Notes: a model not told the origin generated them from the sequence alone. Counted from the first letter of the stretch, positions 9,734 through 20,119 are shown. The stretch: 64,000 nucleotides of DNA from Capsulimonadaceae bacterium (GCA_965215505.1 OZ244065.1:5952001-6016000), one strand, 5' to 3'. Translations and numbers: made by a program.

Positions 9734-11524
9734 ATGGCAGACCTGAAGTTCCGAATGACGCCGGCCCCGGAGGGGGCTGGCCTGACCTTCCTTCTCCTCC
9801 GGGACGGGGAGGAGGCGCTGTCGGCGGCGGGCGACTTCGTGGACCGGGACGCCTGCCTCGCCGCCATCCGTAAGGTCGCCGGGGCGCTGAACGATGACGA
9901 GCCGTTTTCGGTCCGCGCCGTGCCGGGGGGGCATGTCCTGGAACTGAGCGGGCCGGACGGGCAGACCCTGGCGCGCAGCCGGCCTCAAGGCGAGGAAGCG
10001 GCCGAAGCACTCCGGGATGCCTTGGGGGAAGCCGCGTCCGAGCAGGAGGAATACCAGATCGATCTGCCGCCGACGATGGGCGCGCGGGCCGTGACGGTGC
10101 CGGCGTCCTTCCAGACCGCCCGCATGATCTCCGCCGGTGACTACGATTTCGCCCGGCTTTCCTCCTCCGGCCTGACCGGATTCGAGTCCTTCCTGAACGA
10201 CCGCGACGGGCGGCACTATTTTCACTTCAACGACGCGCAGGGGGAGGCGCTGCTTTACAGCCGTGGGTTCGGCGATACCTCCCAGCGGAACAAGCGCCTG
10301 CGGGCGGTGATCGCGAGCGGCGAGGCCGAGCAGCGTTATGAGCGGCGGGAGGAGAACGGAAGCCATTTTTTCATCCTCAAAGGCCGCAACGGGCAGGAGA
10401 TCGCGCGGAGCCGCGCGTTCCTGACGTTGGGCGCGATGGAGGCGGCGCTGGCCTGGCTGTGTCTGGAGATGCCGCGTCAGGCGGAGCAGGCCGCAGCGCA
10501 GACGAAGGTCCGCAAGGGCGGCGGGAGCCGCAGGGGCCTCTTCAACCTCGCCCTGGCTTCCCTGACGGGCCTCGCGGGTTTCGAGATGCTTCGGGCTGCC
10601 GACCGGCGTCACTACTTCCTGTTCAACGGCGAGGATGGCCGCCCCCTCCTGTTCAGCCAGGGCTACAAGACCAGCGCAGGCCGCGATCAGGGCGTCCGGA
10701 GCCTGATCCGATTGGGCGCAAACCCTGCCCGTTATGAGGCCGCGCAGGAGAATGGGCAGCACTTTTTCGCCATCCGAGCGGGGAACCGCCAGGAAATCGC
10801 CCGAAGCGGAGACTTCGGCTCGGTGGAGGCCATGACGGCGGCCATGCGCCGACTCCAGGCCGGCATTCCGGCCCAGGCCGCTGCCTTCGGCGTCGCCGCC
10901 GAACTCCTGGAAACCTCCGCCGGCGAGAGCCTGATGATCCATGTTCCACGGGCAGAAGCGCTGGAGGAGGCCGCACATGCCCCGCTCATTGCAGGCGCTC
11001 CGCTTGTTGCGGGCGCGGTCGTCGGGGCCGCCGCGCCGGCCCTGCATGAAGCCGTGCCCATCGTCACTGAGCCTGTCCCGCCTCCGCTTCCGATCCCCGC
11101 TGTTCCCGCTCCGTCGCCCGTACTTCCGCCGCGACGCCCCGACGGTGTGGCCCGCTTCTGGCCCGTGCCCCTTGCGGTCCTGGCGCTGGCGTGTCTGGCT
11201 TGGGGACTGATCGGGCACCGCCCGAAGACCGTCGCCAGCGTCCTAAAGACCGTAGCGGCCCCGTCCCCCGTTCTGGCGTCGGCACTGCTCCCGTCCAGCG
11301 CCGTGACTGTCAGCGCGGGGCAGAAGGGGGTGTCGAAGCATCTTACATCCGCAGTACCGCAGGCACACGTGGCCCTTCTGCCTCCGTCCACAGTGCCGGT
11401 TTCGGCGGGAATCCGCCAAGCCGATGCCGTTGCACTCGCTCATGTTCCTTCTCGGCCCAAGCGGCGGAACAAGTGGTGGTCAAACTATGCCGCCACCTCC
11501 CGGCGTTATCATGGTGGGTCGTGA
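9734..11524 (+). CDS. Multi-DUF1508 (YegP-like) repeat protein with Pro-rich linker and C-terminal TM anchor
   Basis: Repeated F-x-L-x-x-x-NGQEIARS / G-x-x-LL-x-S-x-G units; TM FWPVPLAVLALACLAWGLIG. Confidence 0.7.
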   Translation: MADLKFRMTPAPEGAGLTFLLLRDGEEALSAAGDFVDRDACLAAIRKVAGALNDDEPFSVRAVPGGHVLELSGPDGQTLARSRPQGEEAAEALRDALGEAASEQEEYQIDLPPTMGARAVTVPASFQTARMISAGDYDFARLSSSGLTGFESFLNDRDGRHYFHFNDAQGEALLYSRGFGDTSQRNKRLRAVIASGEAEQRYERREENGSHFFILKGRNGQEIARSRAFLTLGAMEAALAWLCLEMPRQAEQAAAQTKVRKGGGSRRGLFNLALASLTGLAGFEMLRAADRRHYFLFNGEDGRPLLFSQGYKTSAGRDQGVRSLIRLGANPARYEAAQENGQHFFAIRAGNRQEIARSGDFGSVEAMTAAMRRLQAGIPAQAAAFGVAAELLETSAGESLMIHVPRAEALEEAAHAPLIAGAPLVAGAVVGAAAPALHEAVPIVTEPVPPPLPIPAVPAPSPVLPPRRPDGVARFWPVPLAVLALACLAWGLIGHRPKTVASVLKTVAAPSPVLASALLPSSAVTVSAGQKGVSKHLTSAVPQAHVALLPPSTVPVSAGIRQADAVALAHVPSRPKRRNKWWSNYAATSRRYHGGS

Positions 11525-11737
11525 TCCTCCGGCCCTGAGCTTCCCGCAAGGTAGGCCGGCTTTGGTACGCCTGCTGTTTTCCCCACCGTGTTCCTCTTCC
11601 TGCTTTCATCCACTTCCGCTTGACTGCCGAACAGGCTCAGCAAAAATCGGGTAGAGAAGCGGCCTCAAAACGCCGACATTCTTGTCAGGATTGAATGAAA
11701 CCCGGACGTTTCTAGCGGGCCGGAGGAAGAGACTCGC

Positions 11738-14233
11738 ATGAAGACCCAGACGCGGCTGCTTTGTATGGGGGCGGGCGGCATTTTGGCGACGGCACTCTCG
11801 CTCATCGGGATCGGGGCCTGGCAGAGCCGCGTGTTCACGACGCAGGCGCAGGCGGAGATCGGGCGGATGGTGGACGACGACCTCGACCATCTGGCGCGGA
11901 CGACCTACAGCATGATCCAGGCGCAGGACCAGGCTCTGCGGCTCCAGGTGGATTCCGACCTGAACGTGGCCACCCATGTACTCCAGAGCCACGGCGCGCT
12001 GCGCCTGTCCCAGAGCCGGGTCGCCTGGCAGGCGACGAACCAGTTCACAAAAGCCAAAACGGCGGTCACGCTGCCGGAAATGACCGTCGGCGGGCTGTGG
12101 CTGGGGCGGAACACCGAGATCAAGACCCCGACCCCGGTGGTGGACGAGGTCAAGGGGCTGACCGGCGCGACCGTCACCATCTTTCAGCGTATGGACTCAT
12201 CCGGCGGGCTGCTCCGGGTCGCCACCAACGTCCAGAAGCTCGACGGCAAGCGCGCCCTCGGCACCTTCATCCCCGCAGTGAACCCGGACGGCAAGCCAAA
12301 CCCCGTGGTCTCCTCAGTCCTCCACGGCAAGACCTACCGGGGCAACGCCTTCGTGGTCAACGCTTGGTACGTCTCCGATTACACGCCCCTGTTCAACGAC
12401 CGGCATGAGGTCGTGGGGGCGCTCTATGTCGGCATCAAGCAGGAGAGTGTCGCGTCGCTGCGTCAGGCGATCGTCGGCGCGCACATCGGCAAAACCGGCT
12501 ATATCTTCGCGCTGCGCGGGACCGGGGTGGACCGTGGCCAATATGTCATCTCCCGGAACGGCGCGCAGGACGGGCAGAATGCGTGGCAGACGAAAGACGC
12601 TTCGGGCCGGCTGATCACCCAGGAGATGATCGCTAAAGCGCTGGCGCTGGCTCCGGGAGACTCGGTCGGCACGCGCTATCTGTGGAAGGACGAGGGCGTG
12701 AACGCGCCGCACGAGAAAGTCGCCCGGCTGCTTTATTATGCGCCCTGGGACTGGGTGATCGGGGTCACCGCCGCACCCGAGGACTTCGGCGCGTTCCAGG
12801 CCAGGCTGGAAGCGGGCCGGAACCGGATGCTGGCGATCTTCGTCGGGATGGGCCTGCTCCTCGCCCTGCTCGGCGCGTTCGTCGCGTGGCGGTTCGCGCG
12901 CGGCCTGGCGGCCCGGCTGAACCGCATCGCCGCCGTGGCCGACGGGATCGCGGGCGGCGAGGTGGACCACAAGATCGCGGAAGACGGAGACGAGGAGATC
13001 GTCGCCCTGAACCATGCCCTGCGCCGTGCCGTCTCCTACCTCCGGGAGACGGCCGACGCAGCCATGGGCATCGCCGGGGGCGACCTGACGGTAATCGTCC
13101 GGCCGCGATCGGAGCGGGACGCGCTGGGACAGGCCTTCGCCGGCATGGTCGCGACTCTGCGCGGCCTGATCGGGAGCCTCTCGGAAAACGCCGCGACGGT
13201 CACGTCCGCTTCGAGAACGCTGGCGGCCACCAGCGGGCAGATCGGCGCGGCGGTGGAGCGTATCAGCGCCGCGCTCCAGGACGTGGCGCAGGCCGGCGCG
13301 TCGTCGGCCCGAGGTGCCGAGGAGGTGGCGCGCGGCAGCGGCGCGCAGACCCGCGCGGTTTCGGAGAGCGCCGCGCTGCTGAGGCAGCTCACCCGGACGA
13401 TCGGGGAGGCCGCCGGGGATGCCCGGTCCGCGACCGAGGCCACCGGGCGGGCGTCCGAGGTGGCCGCCTCGGGCGGCGAGACGGTCCGGCAGGCGGTGCT
13501 GGGCATGGAGACGATCCGGCACACCGTCTCCGAGGCGGCTGAGGTCATCGGGTCGCTCGGGACGGCCTCAGACCAGATCGGCGGTATCGTGGCGACCATC
13601 GACCAGATCGCCTCCCAGACCAACCTCCTGGCCCTGAATGCGGCCATTGAGGCGGCACGGGCGGGGGATGCGGGCCGGGGCTTCGCCGTGGTGGCCGACG
13701 AGGTGCGGAAGCTGGCGGAGCGGTCGAGCGCGGCGACGCGCGAGATCGGGTCGCTCATCGAGGACATCCAGGCGCGGACCCGTCTGGCGGTCGGGGCGAT
13801 GCAGGCGGGGACGCGCGAGGTGGCGGCCGGGATGGCCCTGTCGGAGCAGGCGGGGAGCGCCCTGGCGGAGATCCAGGCCACGGTCGCGGGCGTGTCGGCG
13901 CAGGTGCGGGCGATTGAGGCGGCTACGGCGCAGATGACGGCGGCCTCGGCGGCGGTATCGGCCTCCACCGCCGAGGTATCCGCCGTGGCGGAGGGCAGCA
14001 GCGCCGCCGCCGAGGGCATGAGCCAGGCGGCGGGGGAGGTGTCCGCCTCGCTATCCAGTGCGGCGGCCATGACGGCGCAGCAGCAGGGGGGCGTGGCGCA
14101 GGTCAGCGCCGCCGCCGCCGAGTTGCAGCAGATGGCCGAGCAGCTCAACTCGACGATCCGCCGGTTCCGTCTCGACGCGGACGGTGCGGCGGAGCCGGGC
14201 CGTGCGGCCCCGGCGCTCCAGAGGGCGGCCTGA
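11738..14233 (+). CDS. Methyl-accepting chemotaxis protein with Cache-type sensor and HAMP
   Basis: [38 protein letters not shown]; two TMs. Confidence 0.95.
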   Translation: MKTQTRLLCMGAGGILATALSLIGIGAWQSRVFTTQAQAEIGRMVDDDLDHLARTTYSMIQAQDQALRLQVDSDLNVATHVLQSHGALRLSQSRVAWQATNQFTKAKTAVTLPEMTVGGLWLGRNTEIKTPTPVVDEVKGLTGATVTIFQRMDSSGGLLRVATNVQKLDGKRALGTFIPAVNPDGKPNPVVSSVLHGKTYRGNAFVVNAWYVSDYTPLFNDRHEVVGALYVGIKQESVASLRQAIVGAHIGKTGYIFALRGTGVDRGQYVISRNGAQDGQNAWQTKDASGRLITQEMIAKALALAPGDSVGTRYLWKDEGVNAPHEKVARLLYYAPWDWVIGVTAAPEDFGAFQARLEAGRNRMLAIFVGMGLLLALLGAFVAWRFARGLAARLNRIAAVADGIAGGEVDHKIAEDGDEEIVALNHALRRAVSYLRETADAAMGIAGGDLTVIVRPRSERDALGQAFAGMVATLRGLIGSLSENAATVTSASRTLAATSGQIGAAVERISAALQDVAQAGASSARGAEEVARGSGAQTRAVSESAALLRQLTRTIGEAAGDARSATEATGRASEVAASGGETVRQAVLGMETIRHTVSEAAEVIGSLGTASDQIGGIVATIDQIASQTNLLALNAAIEAARAGDAGRGFAVVADEVRKLAERSSAATREIGSLIEDIQARTRLAVGAMQAGTREVAAGMALSEQAGSALAEIQATVAGVSAQVRAIEAATAQMTAASAAVSASTAEVSAVAEGSSAAAEGMSQAAGEVSASLSSAAAMTAQQQGGVAQVSAAAAELQQMAEQLNSTIRRFRLDADGAAEPGRAAPALQRAA

Positions 14234-14249
14234 CGAAGCGCGACAGACC

Positions 14250-14945
14250 TCACTGCAATTTGACGAGCGGGGCGATCTTGGCGAACTTCTTGGGGCCGAT
14301 GCCGGTGACCATCATTAGGTCTTCCACCTTCTCGAACCGGCCCGCCGACTGGCGGTAGGCGAGGATGCGGCCCGCCATGCTGGGACCGACGCCGGGCAGG
14401 CGCTCCAAGTCCGTGTCGGTGGCCGTGTTCAGCGCGATCAACTCGCCCGAGTCTGCCGTGACCTTGCCGCCGCGCCCACCCCCATTCCCCTTCGCCGACT
14501 TTACCGCCGCGTGCGCTGTCGCCGGGGGAGTTGCGGAAGGCGTCAAGACCGGCGGCACGGCACCGCGCTTGGGGACGAAGACTTTCTCTTCGTCGGTCAC
14601 TTTCTCGGCGAGGTTTACGGCGTCCATGTCGGCCTCCCCGGTGGGGCCGCCGGCGGCGAGGATGGCCTGCATGACCCGGCTCCCCGGACGGAGCGCGTAG
14701 AGCGACGGTCGCCGGACCGCCCCAGCCACGTCCACATACACGAGGCCGGCGAGCTTGGGCGCGGTTTGGGGGGCTTGCGAGGGCGGTGTGACGGGTGGAG
14801 AGGCGGCATCGGTCGCCTCCGGCGGCTGTCTGATCGTGATGGGAGGCGGCGCGGCCTTGTGTCCTGCAAGCAGGACGAAGCCGCTGCCGAGCAGGCAGGC
14901 CAGGCAGACGATCAGCAGCGCGAGGCGGGTCCGGGCATCCTGCAT
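14250..14945 (-). CDS. comEA: Competence DNA-binding protein (SLBB + HhH)
   Basis: VDVAGAVRRP, LNTA...LPGVGP...VTGIG. Confidence 0.9.
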   Translation of the reverse strand: MQDARTRLALLIVCLACLLGSGFVLLAGHKAAPPPITIRQPPEATDAASPPVTPPSQAPQTAPKLAGLVYVDVAGAVRRPSLYALRPGSRVMQAILAAGGPTGEADMDAVNLAEKVTDEEKVFVPKRGAVPPVLTPSATPPATAHAAVKSAKGNGGGRGGKVTADSGELIALNTATDTDLERLPGVGPSMAGRILAYRQSAGRFEKVEDLMMVTGIGPKKFAKIAPLVKLQ

Positions 14946-15019
14946 GGTATTTCTTCCTTGATGGGGCTGGCGCAACTTTCCGGGGCGGCCGGTGTCTCAG
15001 TGGATAGGGAGACACTGAC

Positions 15020-15436
15020 ATGACGAAATTCACAGAAACGCAGACATTTCCAACCATCGCCTACGGTGTATTGGGCCTCTCGGCGGTCGCGGTCGTCTGG
15101 TCGGGACTGCTCTGGCCTGTCCTGCTGCTCGGCATGGCCTTCAATCTGCTCTGCCTGCGGACGACGGTGACGGAGGCGCAGGTGACCGTCCGCTTCGGTG
15201 CCCTGTTCCCGTTGTACCAGCGGAGCATCCCCAAAGCGGACATCGTCTCCTTTGAAGTGGTGACGTACTCGCCCATCGCCGACTACGGCGGCTGGGGCAT
15301 CAAGTGGGGGCGGGGCGGCCTTGCCCTGAACGCGCGCGGCAACCGGGGCGTCCGCCTGACGCTCCGGGATGGCCGCCGTGTCCTGGTCGGCTCGCAGCGG
15401 CCCGGAGAGCTGGCGGCGGCGCTTGGCACGGGTTAG
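15020..15436 (+). CDS. Small membrane protein (YGGWGI motif family)
   Basis: TM pair, YGGWGIK, LVGSQRPGEL. Confidence 0.7.
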   Translation: MTKFTETQTFPTIAYGVLGLSAVAVVWSGLLWPVLLLGMAFNLLCLRTTVTEAQVTVRFGALFPLYQRSIPKADIVSFEVVTYSPIADYGGWGIKWGRGGLALNARGNRGVRLTLRDGRRVLVGSQRPGELAAALGTG

Positions 15437-18042
15437 ATGACCACATTCACCAGCTTGCCGGGGACGACGATGACCTTCTTGGGCGCACCGCCGTTCAAAG
15501 CCTCGGCCACCTTCGGGCTGGCGAGGGCCAGCGCCTGTAAGGTGTCCTGGTCGGCGTCGGCGGGGGCGGTCATCTTGTCGCGCACCTTGCCGTTGACCTG
15601 GACGACGAGGGTGATCTCGTCCTTCTTGGCGACTTCCGGGTCCGCCTGCGGCCAGGAGTGCCGGTAAAGGAAGCCGGCCCGGCCCAGTCCCTCTGTCCAC
15701 AGCTCGTCGGCGAGGTGCGGGGCGAACGGGGCGAGGGCAAGAGTCAGGTACTCGACGGCTTCATCCAGGGCCGCCGAGCGCGCACCGGCCGGCAGGACGT
15801 TGGCGACCTCGTAAGCCATGTTGACCCATTCCATCAGCCCCGCGACTGCCGTGTTGAAGCGGAAGCTTTCCAGGTCGTCGGCGACCCGCAGCAGGGTCTG
15901 ATGCGTCTTGCGTCGCAGGTCCCGGTCTTTGCCGGAAGCCTCGCCCGCCGTGGCCCGCCAGTCCGGAGTCCAGCCCTCGCCCCACGACGCGACCAGGCGG
16001 TAGACGCGGGCAAGGAACTTGGATGATCCCCGGATGCCCTCCTCGCTCCATTGCACGGTCTCTTCAAAGGGGGCGACGAACATCTCGTAGACGCGCAGGC
16101 TGTCTGCACCGAACCGCTCGGCGGCCTCATCGGGTGTGACGACGTTGCCCGCCGACTTGGACATCTTGGCCCACCGGTAAGTGATCTCGGACGGTTCAAA
16201 GCGGGCCAGGTCTTCCGGCTTGACCGCCTTCCAGTCCTCGATCTTCTCCTCGGCTTCCTCCTCGCCTTCTTCACCTGCGGACGGCTTGCGGCCCGGCGTG
16301 TAGGCCAGCATCATGCCCTGGTTCCGCAGGCGGGTGAACGGCTCATCGAAGCCCAGCATCCCGGCATCAAACAGCACCTTGTTCCAGAAGCGGGCGTACA
16401 AGAGGTGCATGACCGCATGTTCCGCGCCGCCGACATAGGTGTCCACGGGCAGCCAGTAATCCACGGCCTCGCGCGAGAAGGGGGCCGCGTCGTCGTGCGG
16501 ATCGGCGAAGCGCAGGAAGTACCACGAGGAGCAGGCGAAGCCCGCCATCGTGTCCGTCTCGCGCCGGGCCGGCTCCCCGCAGATCGGGCAGTTCGTTTCG
16601 ACGAATTCCGCGATGCTCGCCAGCGGCCCCTCGCCCGTCCCGGTCGGCTGGTAATGCTCGACGGGCGGCAGGACGACCGGCAACTGGTCATCGGGAACCG
16701 GCACCTCGCCGTGCGTCGGGCAGTGGATGATCGGGATGGGGACGCCCCAATACCGCTGCCGCGAGAGCAGCCAGTCGCGGAATCGGTAGGTGACGACCGG
16801 CTTGCCTAAGCCATCCGCTTCCAGCCATTCGGCGACTTTTCGCACCGTTTCTTTGCTGTAGGCCAGCCCGTCGAACGGCCCCGAATGGACCAGGACGCCC
16901 TTGTCCGTGGTTGCCGCTGTCATCGTGTCGCCGTCAACCTCCTGCCCCGGCTCCTGATAGACGGGAACGATGGGCAGGCCGAACTTGCGGGCGAAGTCGA
17001 AGTCGCGCTGGTCGTGGGCGGGGACGGCCATGATCGCGCCGGTGCCGTAGCCCATCAGGACGTAGTCGGCGATCCAGACGGGGACAGGCTGCCCGTTGAC
17101 CGGGTTGGTGGCATACGCGCCCGTCCAGACGCCCGTCTTCTCGCGCCCCTCCGCCTGCCGGTCCATCTCCGTCTCGCGCCCCGCCCGCGCCGCATAAGCC
17201 GCCACGGCGTCGCTCTGCTCGGGGGTAGTCAGTGCAGCGACCAGGGGATGCTCGGGGGCGATGACCATGAAGGTCGCCCCCCAGAGCGTGTCCGGGCGCG
17301 TGGTGAAGACGGTGATCGTCTCGCCGCCCGCCTTGAAATGCACCTCCGCGCCCTCGCTCCGCCCGATCCACTTGCGCTGCTGCTGCTTGATGCCCTCGGA
17401 CCAGTCCAGCTTGTCCAGGTCGTTAATCAGGCGGTCGGCGTAGGCCGTGATCTTCAGATACCACTGCGGCATGGCCTTCTTTTCGACCTGCGTCCCGCAA
17501 CGCCAGCACCGGCCGTTGACGACCTCCTCGTTGGCGAGGACCGTCTTGTCCTGCGGGCACCAGTTGACGGGCGCGTTCTGCCGGTAGGCCAGGCCGCGCT
17601 TGTAGAGCAGCAGGAAGATCCACTGCGTCCACTTGTAGTAGGCGGGGTCACTGGAATTGACCTCCCGGTCCCAGTCATAGCCCATGCCGATGAGGTTCAT
17701 CTGCCGCTTGTAAGTGGCCGCGAACTCCGCCACCATCGGGCCGGGGTTGCGCTGCCGCTTGATGGCCTCGTTCTCGGCGGGCTGTCCGAAGGCGTCCCAG
17801 CCCATCGGGTGCAGGACGTTGAAGCCCTGCATCGCCTTCAGCCGCAGGAAGGCATCGGTAGGCGCGTAGTTCTTGAAGTGCCCCACCGACAGCCCCGCGC
17901 CGGAGGGGTAGGGGAAGAACTCCAACCCGTAGTACTTGGGCTTGGTAGGGTCCATTTCGGCGTGGTACAGGTCGGCCTCGGCCCACCGGGCCTGCCACTT
18001 CGCCTCGATCTCGCGGAAGTTATATTTCTCGTCCAACGCCAT
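15433..18042 (-). CDS. leuS: Leucine--tRNA ligase
   Basis: FPYPSG-LSVGH (HIGH-like), MGYGTGAIMAVPAHDQRD, KMSKS. Confidence 0.98.
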   Translation of the reverse strand: MALDEKYNFREIEAKWQARWAEADLYHAEMDPTKPKYYGLEFFPYPSGAGLSVGHFKNYAPTDAFLRLKAMQGFNVLHPMGWDAFGQPAENEAIKRQRNPGPMVAEFAATYKRQMNLIGMGYDWDREVNSSDPAYYKWTQWIFLLLYKRGLAYRQNAPVNWCPQDKTVLANEEVVNGRCWRCGTQVEKKAMPQWYLKITAYADRLINDLDKLDWSEGIKQQQRKWIGRSEGAEVHFKAGGETITVFTTRPDTLWGATFMVIAPEHPLVAALTTPEQSDAVAAYAARAGRETEMDRQAEGREKTGVWTGAYATNPVNGQPVPVWIADYVLMGYGTGAIMAVPAHDQRDFDFARKFGLPIVPVYQEPGQEVDGDTMTAATTDKGVLVHSGPFDGLAYSKETVRKVAEWLEADGLGKPVVTYRFRDWLLSRQRYWGVPIPIIHCPTHGEVPVPDDQLPVVLPPVEHYQPTGTGEGPLASIAEFVETNCPICGEPARRETDTMAGFACSSWYFLRFADPHDDAAPFSREAVDYWLPVDTYVGGAEHAVMHLLYARFWNKVLFDAGMLGFDEPFTRLRNQGMMLAYTPGRKPSAGEEGEEEAEEKIEDWKAVKPEDLARFEPSEITYRWAKMSKSAGNVVTPDEAAERFGADSLRVYEMFVAPFEETVQWSEEGIRGSSKFLARVYRLVASWGEGWTPDWRATAGEASGKDRDLRRKTHQTLLRVADDLESFRFNTAVAGLMEWVNMAYEVANVLPAGARSAALDEAVEYLTLALAPFAPHLADELWTEGLGRAGFLYRHSWPQADPEVAKKDEITLVVQVNGKVRDKMTAPADADQDTLQALALASPKVAEALNGGAPKKVIVVPGKLVNVVI

Positions 18043-18078
18043 TGTGTGTTCGTGCTCGGTTCCTGAGTTGTTGGCTTT

Positions 18079-18108
18079 AGTATACTAGTGGGAGAGGGGG
18101 ATAGTCAA
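18079..18108 (-). promoter_or_regulatory. Sigma70 promoter for leuS
   Basis: TTGACT-N18-TATACT on minus strand. Confidence 0.6.
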
Positions 18109-18161
18109 GGGTACGCATTTGGATGGTGCATTAATACTATATAAATAAATCTGAATTAGTA

Positions 18162-18190
18162 TTGACAAATAATTAAGCATCTAGTATAAT
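18162..18190 (+). promoter_or_regulatory. Perfect-consensus sigma70 promoter of the accessory cassette
   Basis: TTGACA-N17-TATAAT in an AT-rich block; ATAATTAA repeated at 18169 and 18186. Confidence 0.9.
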
Positions 18191-18235
18191 TAAAATACCA
18201 AACGTCAGGAGAACACTATAAACAACTATCTGGTC

Positions 18236-18712
18236 GTGCGACGCGAATATGATGACAATGACAATGTTGCTGAAACACATCCTGAGATGCGCGTGACGGA
18301 CGTTCCCGTGGGAACAACTCTGAAACAAATCAAGGAGGTGTTGACGCAATCAGGACATACTTACCAGTGGGGCCTGTACACGGTGCTTCCAGAAGAAGAG
18401 TGGTATCCCTTAAAGGATATGATAGACCCTCGCGAATACGGAGAACGAGCGGAGCGTCTTCTGTTTTATGAGATAGGCATGGATGTCATCAGCTATGAGG
18501 AGCTACTAGACAAACTCAACGATGAAAAGCGGGTCACCCTGCGCCTTCCTGTCGGCCTTCACTTCGCTCTCTCTCGCGCCTCAGGAGACATGACACTGAA
18601 CGCCTACTGCACCAAAACCCTGGCTGATGCAGTAGGGTACGGTGACCTACCAGAATTTGAAGCCCAGCGCCGGAAACCCGGTCGCCCCAAGAAGGTCCAG
18701 GACGGCGAATAA
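18236..18712 (+). CDS. Putative DNA-binding protein with HicB-type ribbon-helix-helix and AT-hook-like tail
   Basis: KRVTLRLPVGLHFALSRAS..TLNAY; RRKPGRPKK; start codon uncertain. Confidence 0.65.
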   Translation: MRREYDDNDNVAETHPEMRVTDVPVGTTLKQIKEVLTQSGHTYQWGLYTVLPEEEWYPLKDMIDPREYGERAERLLFYEIGMDVISYEELLDKLNDEKRVTLRLPVGLHFALSRASGDMTLNAYCTKTLADAVGYGDLPEFEAQRRKPGRPKKVQDGE

Positions 18713-18723
18713 AGGAGGCGGTC

Positions 18724-19221
18724 ATGAGCGAAGAAACACGCCCGCCTCTGCTCCAACTCGGGGGCGAAGAAGCCCTCAAAGCCTACGAAAAGGAATTCGG
18801 CCAACTGTACCAAAACCGCCGTGTCTACGACATCTTGGGAAACATCGTAGTCTTTCCGCCAGGTTCTTGCTGGCATATCTGCTTCAAGCGCGATGAAGAT
18901 GACCGCTCGGCACGCCGCCCGCGTAACATTTGGTCACAGGAGCGAGCCGAACGCATACCCTGGATCATGTCTGCACTCAATGACCCGCGAACAGAAATAA
19001 GGCCGGATAGGGAGATCGAGAACCGCCTCAACTACTTGTTCATAGTGGAGGCTGATCCCGAACACAACCTGACACAAGAATTCTACTGCGTGGTCGCAGA
19101 AAGGGATATAAGAGGCATAGTGGTTCTCGTGACAGCGTTCCCCATAGACCAAAAAGGCTGGGCTAACCGCCGTCGCGCTGGCAAAGCATTGTATCCCAAC
19201 GTGAAGAAGGGCGAGGCATAA
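18724..19221 (+). CDS. Putative PBECR (Barnase-EndoU-ColE5/D-RelE fold) nuclease toxin
   Basis: Strong AAGGAGG RBS; W-H-ICFK, ERAERIPWI..ALNDP, VVLVTAFP pattern resembles PBECR2-type proteins (by eye). Confidence 0.55.
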   Translation: MSEETRPPLLQLGGEEALKAYEKEFGQLYQNRRVYDILGNIVVFPPGSCWHICFKRDEDDRSARRPRNIWSQERAERIPWIMSALNDPRTEIRPDREIENRLNYLFIVEADPEHNLTQEFYCVVAERDIRGIVVLVTAFPIDQKGWANRRRAGKALYPNVKKGEA

Positions 19222-19242
19222 AGCCTCGCCCTTCTTCTTTTT
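19203..19242. terminator. Intrinsic terminator, probably bidirectional, overlapping the nuclease stop codon
   Basis: 15-bp perfect stem GAAGAAGGGCGAGGC-ATAAA-GCCTCGCCCTTCTTC followed by T-run. Confidence 0.85.
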
Positions 19243-19378
19243 CATTTATGGCCGTAGCAACCCGCCTGGCGGCTATGATCTTTGACGGATTTCTCCGCTT
19301 TCCGGCTCGAAGGCTATTCCAGTTTCCTAGAACCCCGGCTGCCCGACTGCCCCTGATGGGGTCTCCACGGATGGGCAA
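19203..19378 (-). ncRNA. Candidate structured non-coding RNA convergent on the nuclease gene
   Basis: TGCTATAAT extended -10 at 19383-19391 (minus); hairpins TTCTAG-GAAA-CTGGAA, CGGA-GAAA-TCCG, CCCC-ATCA-GGGG within TGCCC/GGGCA; ends at terminator. Confidence 0.5.
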
Positions 19379-19519
19379 TGTTATTATAGCACATTCTATG
19401 AACTTTCCTCATGTTCATTTTCCGAGACAGCTTCGTCCTCAGCATAGGCCGCTCGCTTGAAAGGATTTCCGCCGCCCGGCGGCGAACCTCTGGGCATCAA
19501 CCGCCGAGGAGGCTTTCTT

Positions 19520-20119
19520 ATGTCCATCTCCAATTCACTGCCGATAGTCCCGGAGGAGCCGGGCGATAAAGACCGCGCGGACCTCTGGGAGCGGCTGCGG
19601 ATGCACTACACGCACCCGAAAACGCCCGTCGTCAACGCCAATGAGGTCTACCAGCAGGGGTTAAGCCCGCTGGACAAGCTGGCGGCGGCCATCACCGACA
19701 AGGTCGGCTCGATGGGGTTCTTCCTACTCATCCTGACCTGGACCATCCTGTGGACGGGCTACAACATCCTCGCCTCGGAGGTGCCTGCCCTGCACTGGAA
19801 GTCGTTTGACCCGTTCCCGGCGTTCGTCGCGTACCTGCTGATCAGCAACGTCATCCAGATCCTGCTCATGCCCCTCATCATGGTGGGGCAGAACGTCCAG
19901 AGCCGGCACTCGGAGATCCGGGCGCAGCTTGATTTCGAGATCAACCAAAAGGCCGAGAAGGAGATCGTGGTCATCCTGAAGCATTTGGAACACAACACCG
20001 ACCTGATGATTCATTTGATGCGCCACCTCCAGTGCCAGGTCGCCGACGAAGACCTCCAGGCCATTGCGGCGGAACACGAGGCGGCGGTGAAGCTGGAGCA
20101 GAAGGAAGTGAAGGCTTAG
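19520..20119 (+). CDS. DUF1003-like membrane protein
   Basis: VGSMGFF, FDPFPAF, PLIMVGQN; GAGGAGG RBS. Confidence 0.8.
   Translation: MSISNSLPIVPEEPGDKDRADLWERLRMHYTHPKTPVVNANEVYQQGLSPLDKLAAAITDKVGSMGFFLLILTWTILWTGYNILASEVPALHWKSFDPFPAFVAYLLISNVIQILLMPLIMVGQNVQSRHSEIRAQLDFEINQKAEKEIVVILKHLEHNTDLMIHLMRHLQCQVADEDLQAIAAEHEAAVKLEQKEVKA

Noticed and set aside
18043-18120. T-box leader for leuS
   Set aside because: The promoter is only ~35 nt from the start codon and no T-box motif is present
19248-19460. 70-aa plus-strand ORF (and minus ORF 19163-19378) as protein genes
   Set aside because: No RBS, starts just after a terminator, atypical composition; the ncRNA reading fits better, although a small peptide is not excluded
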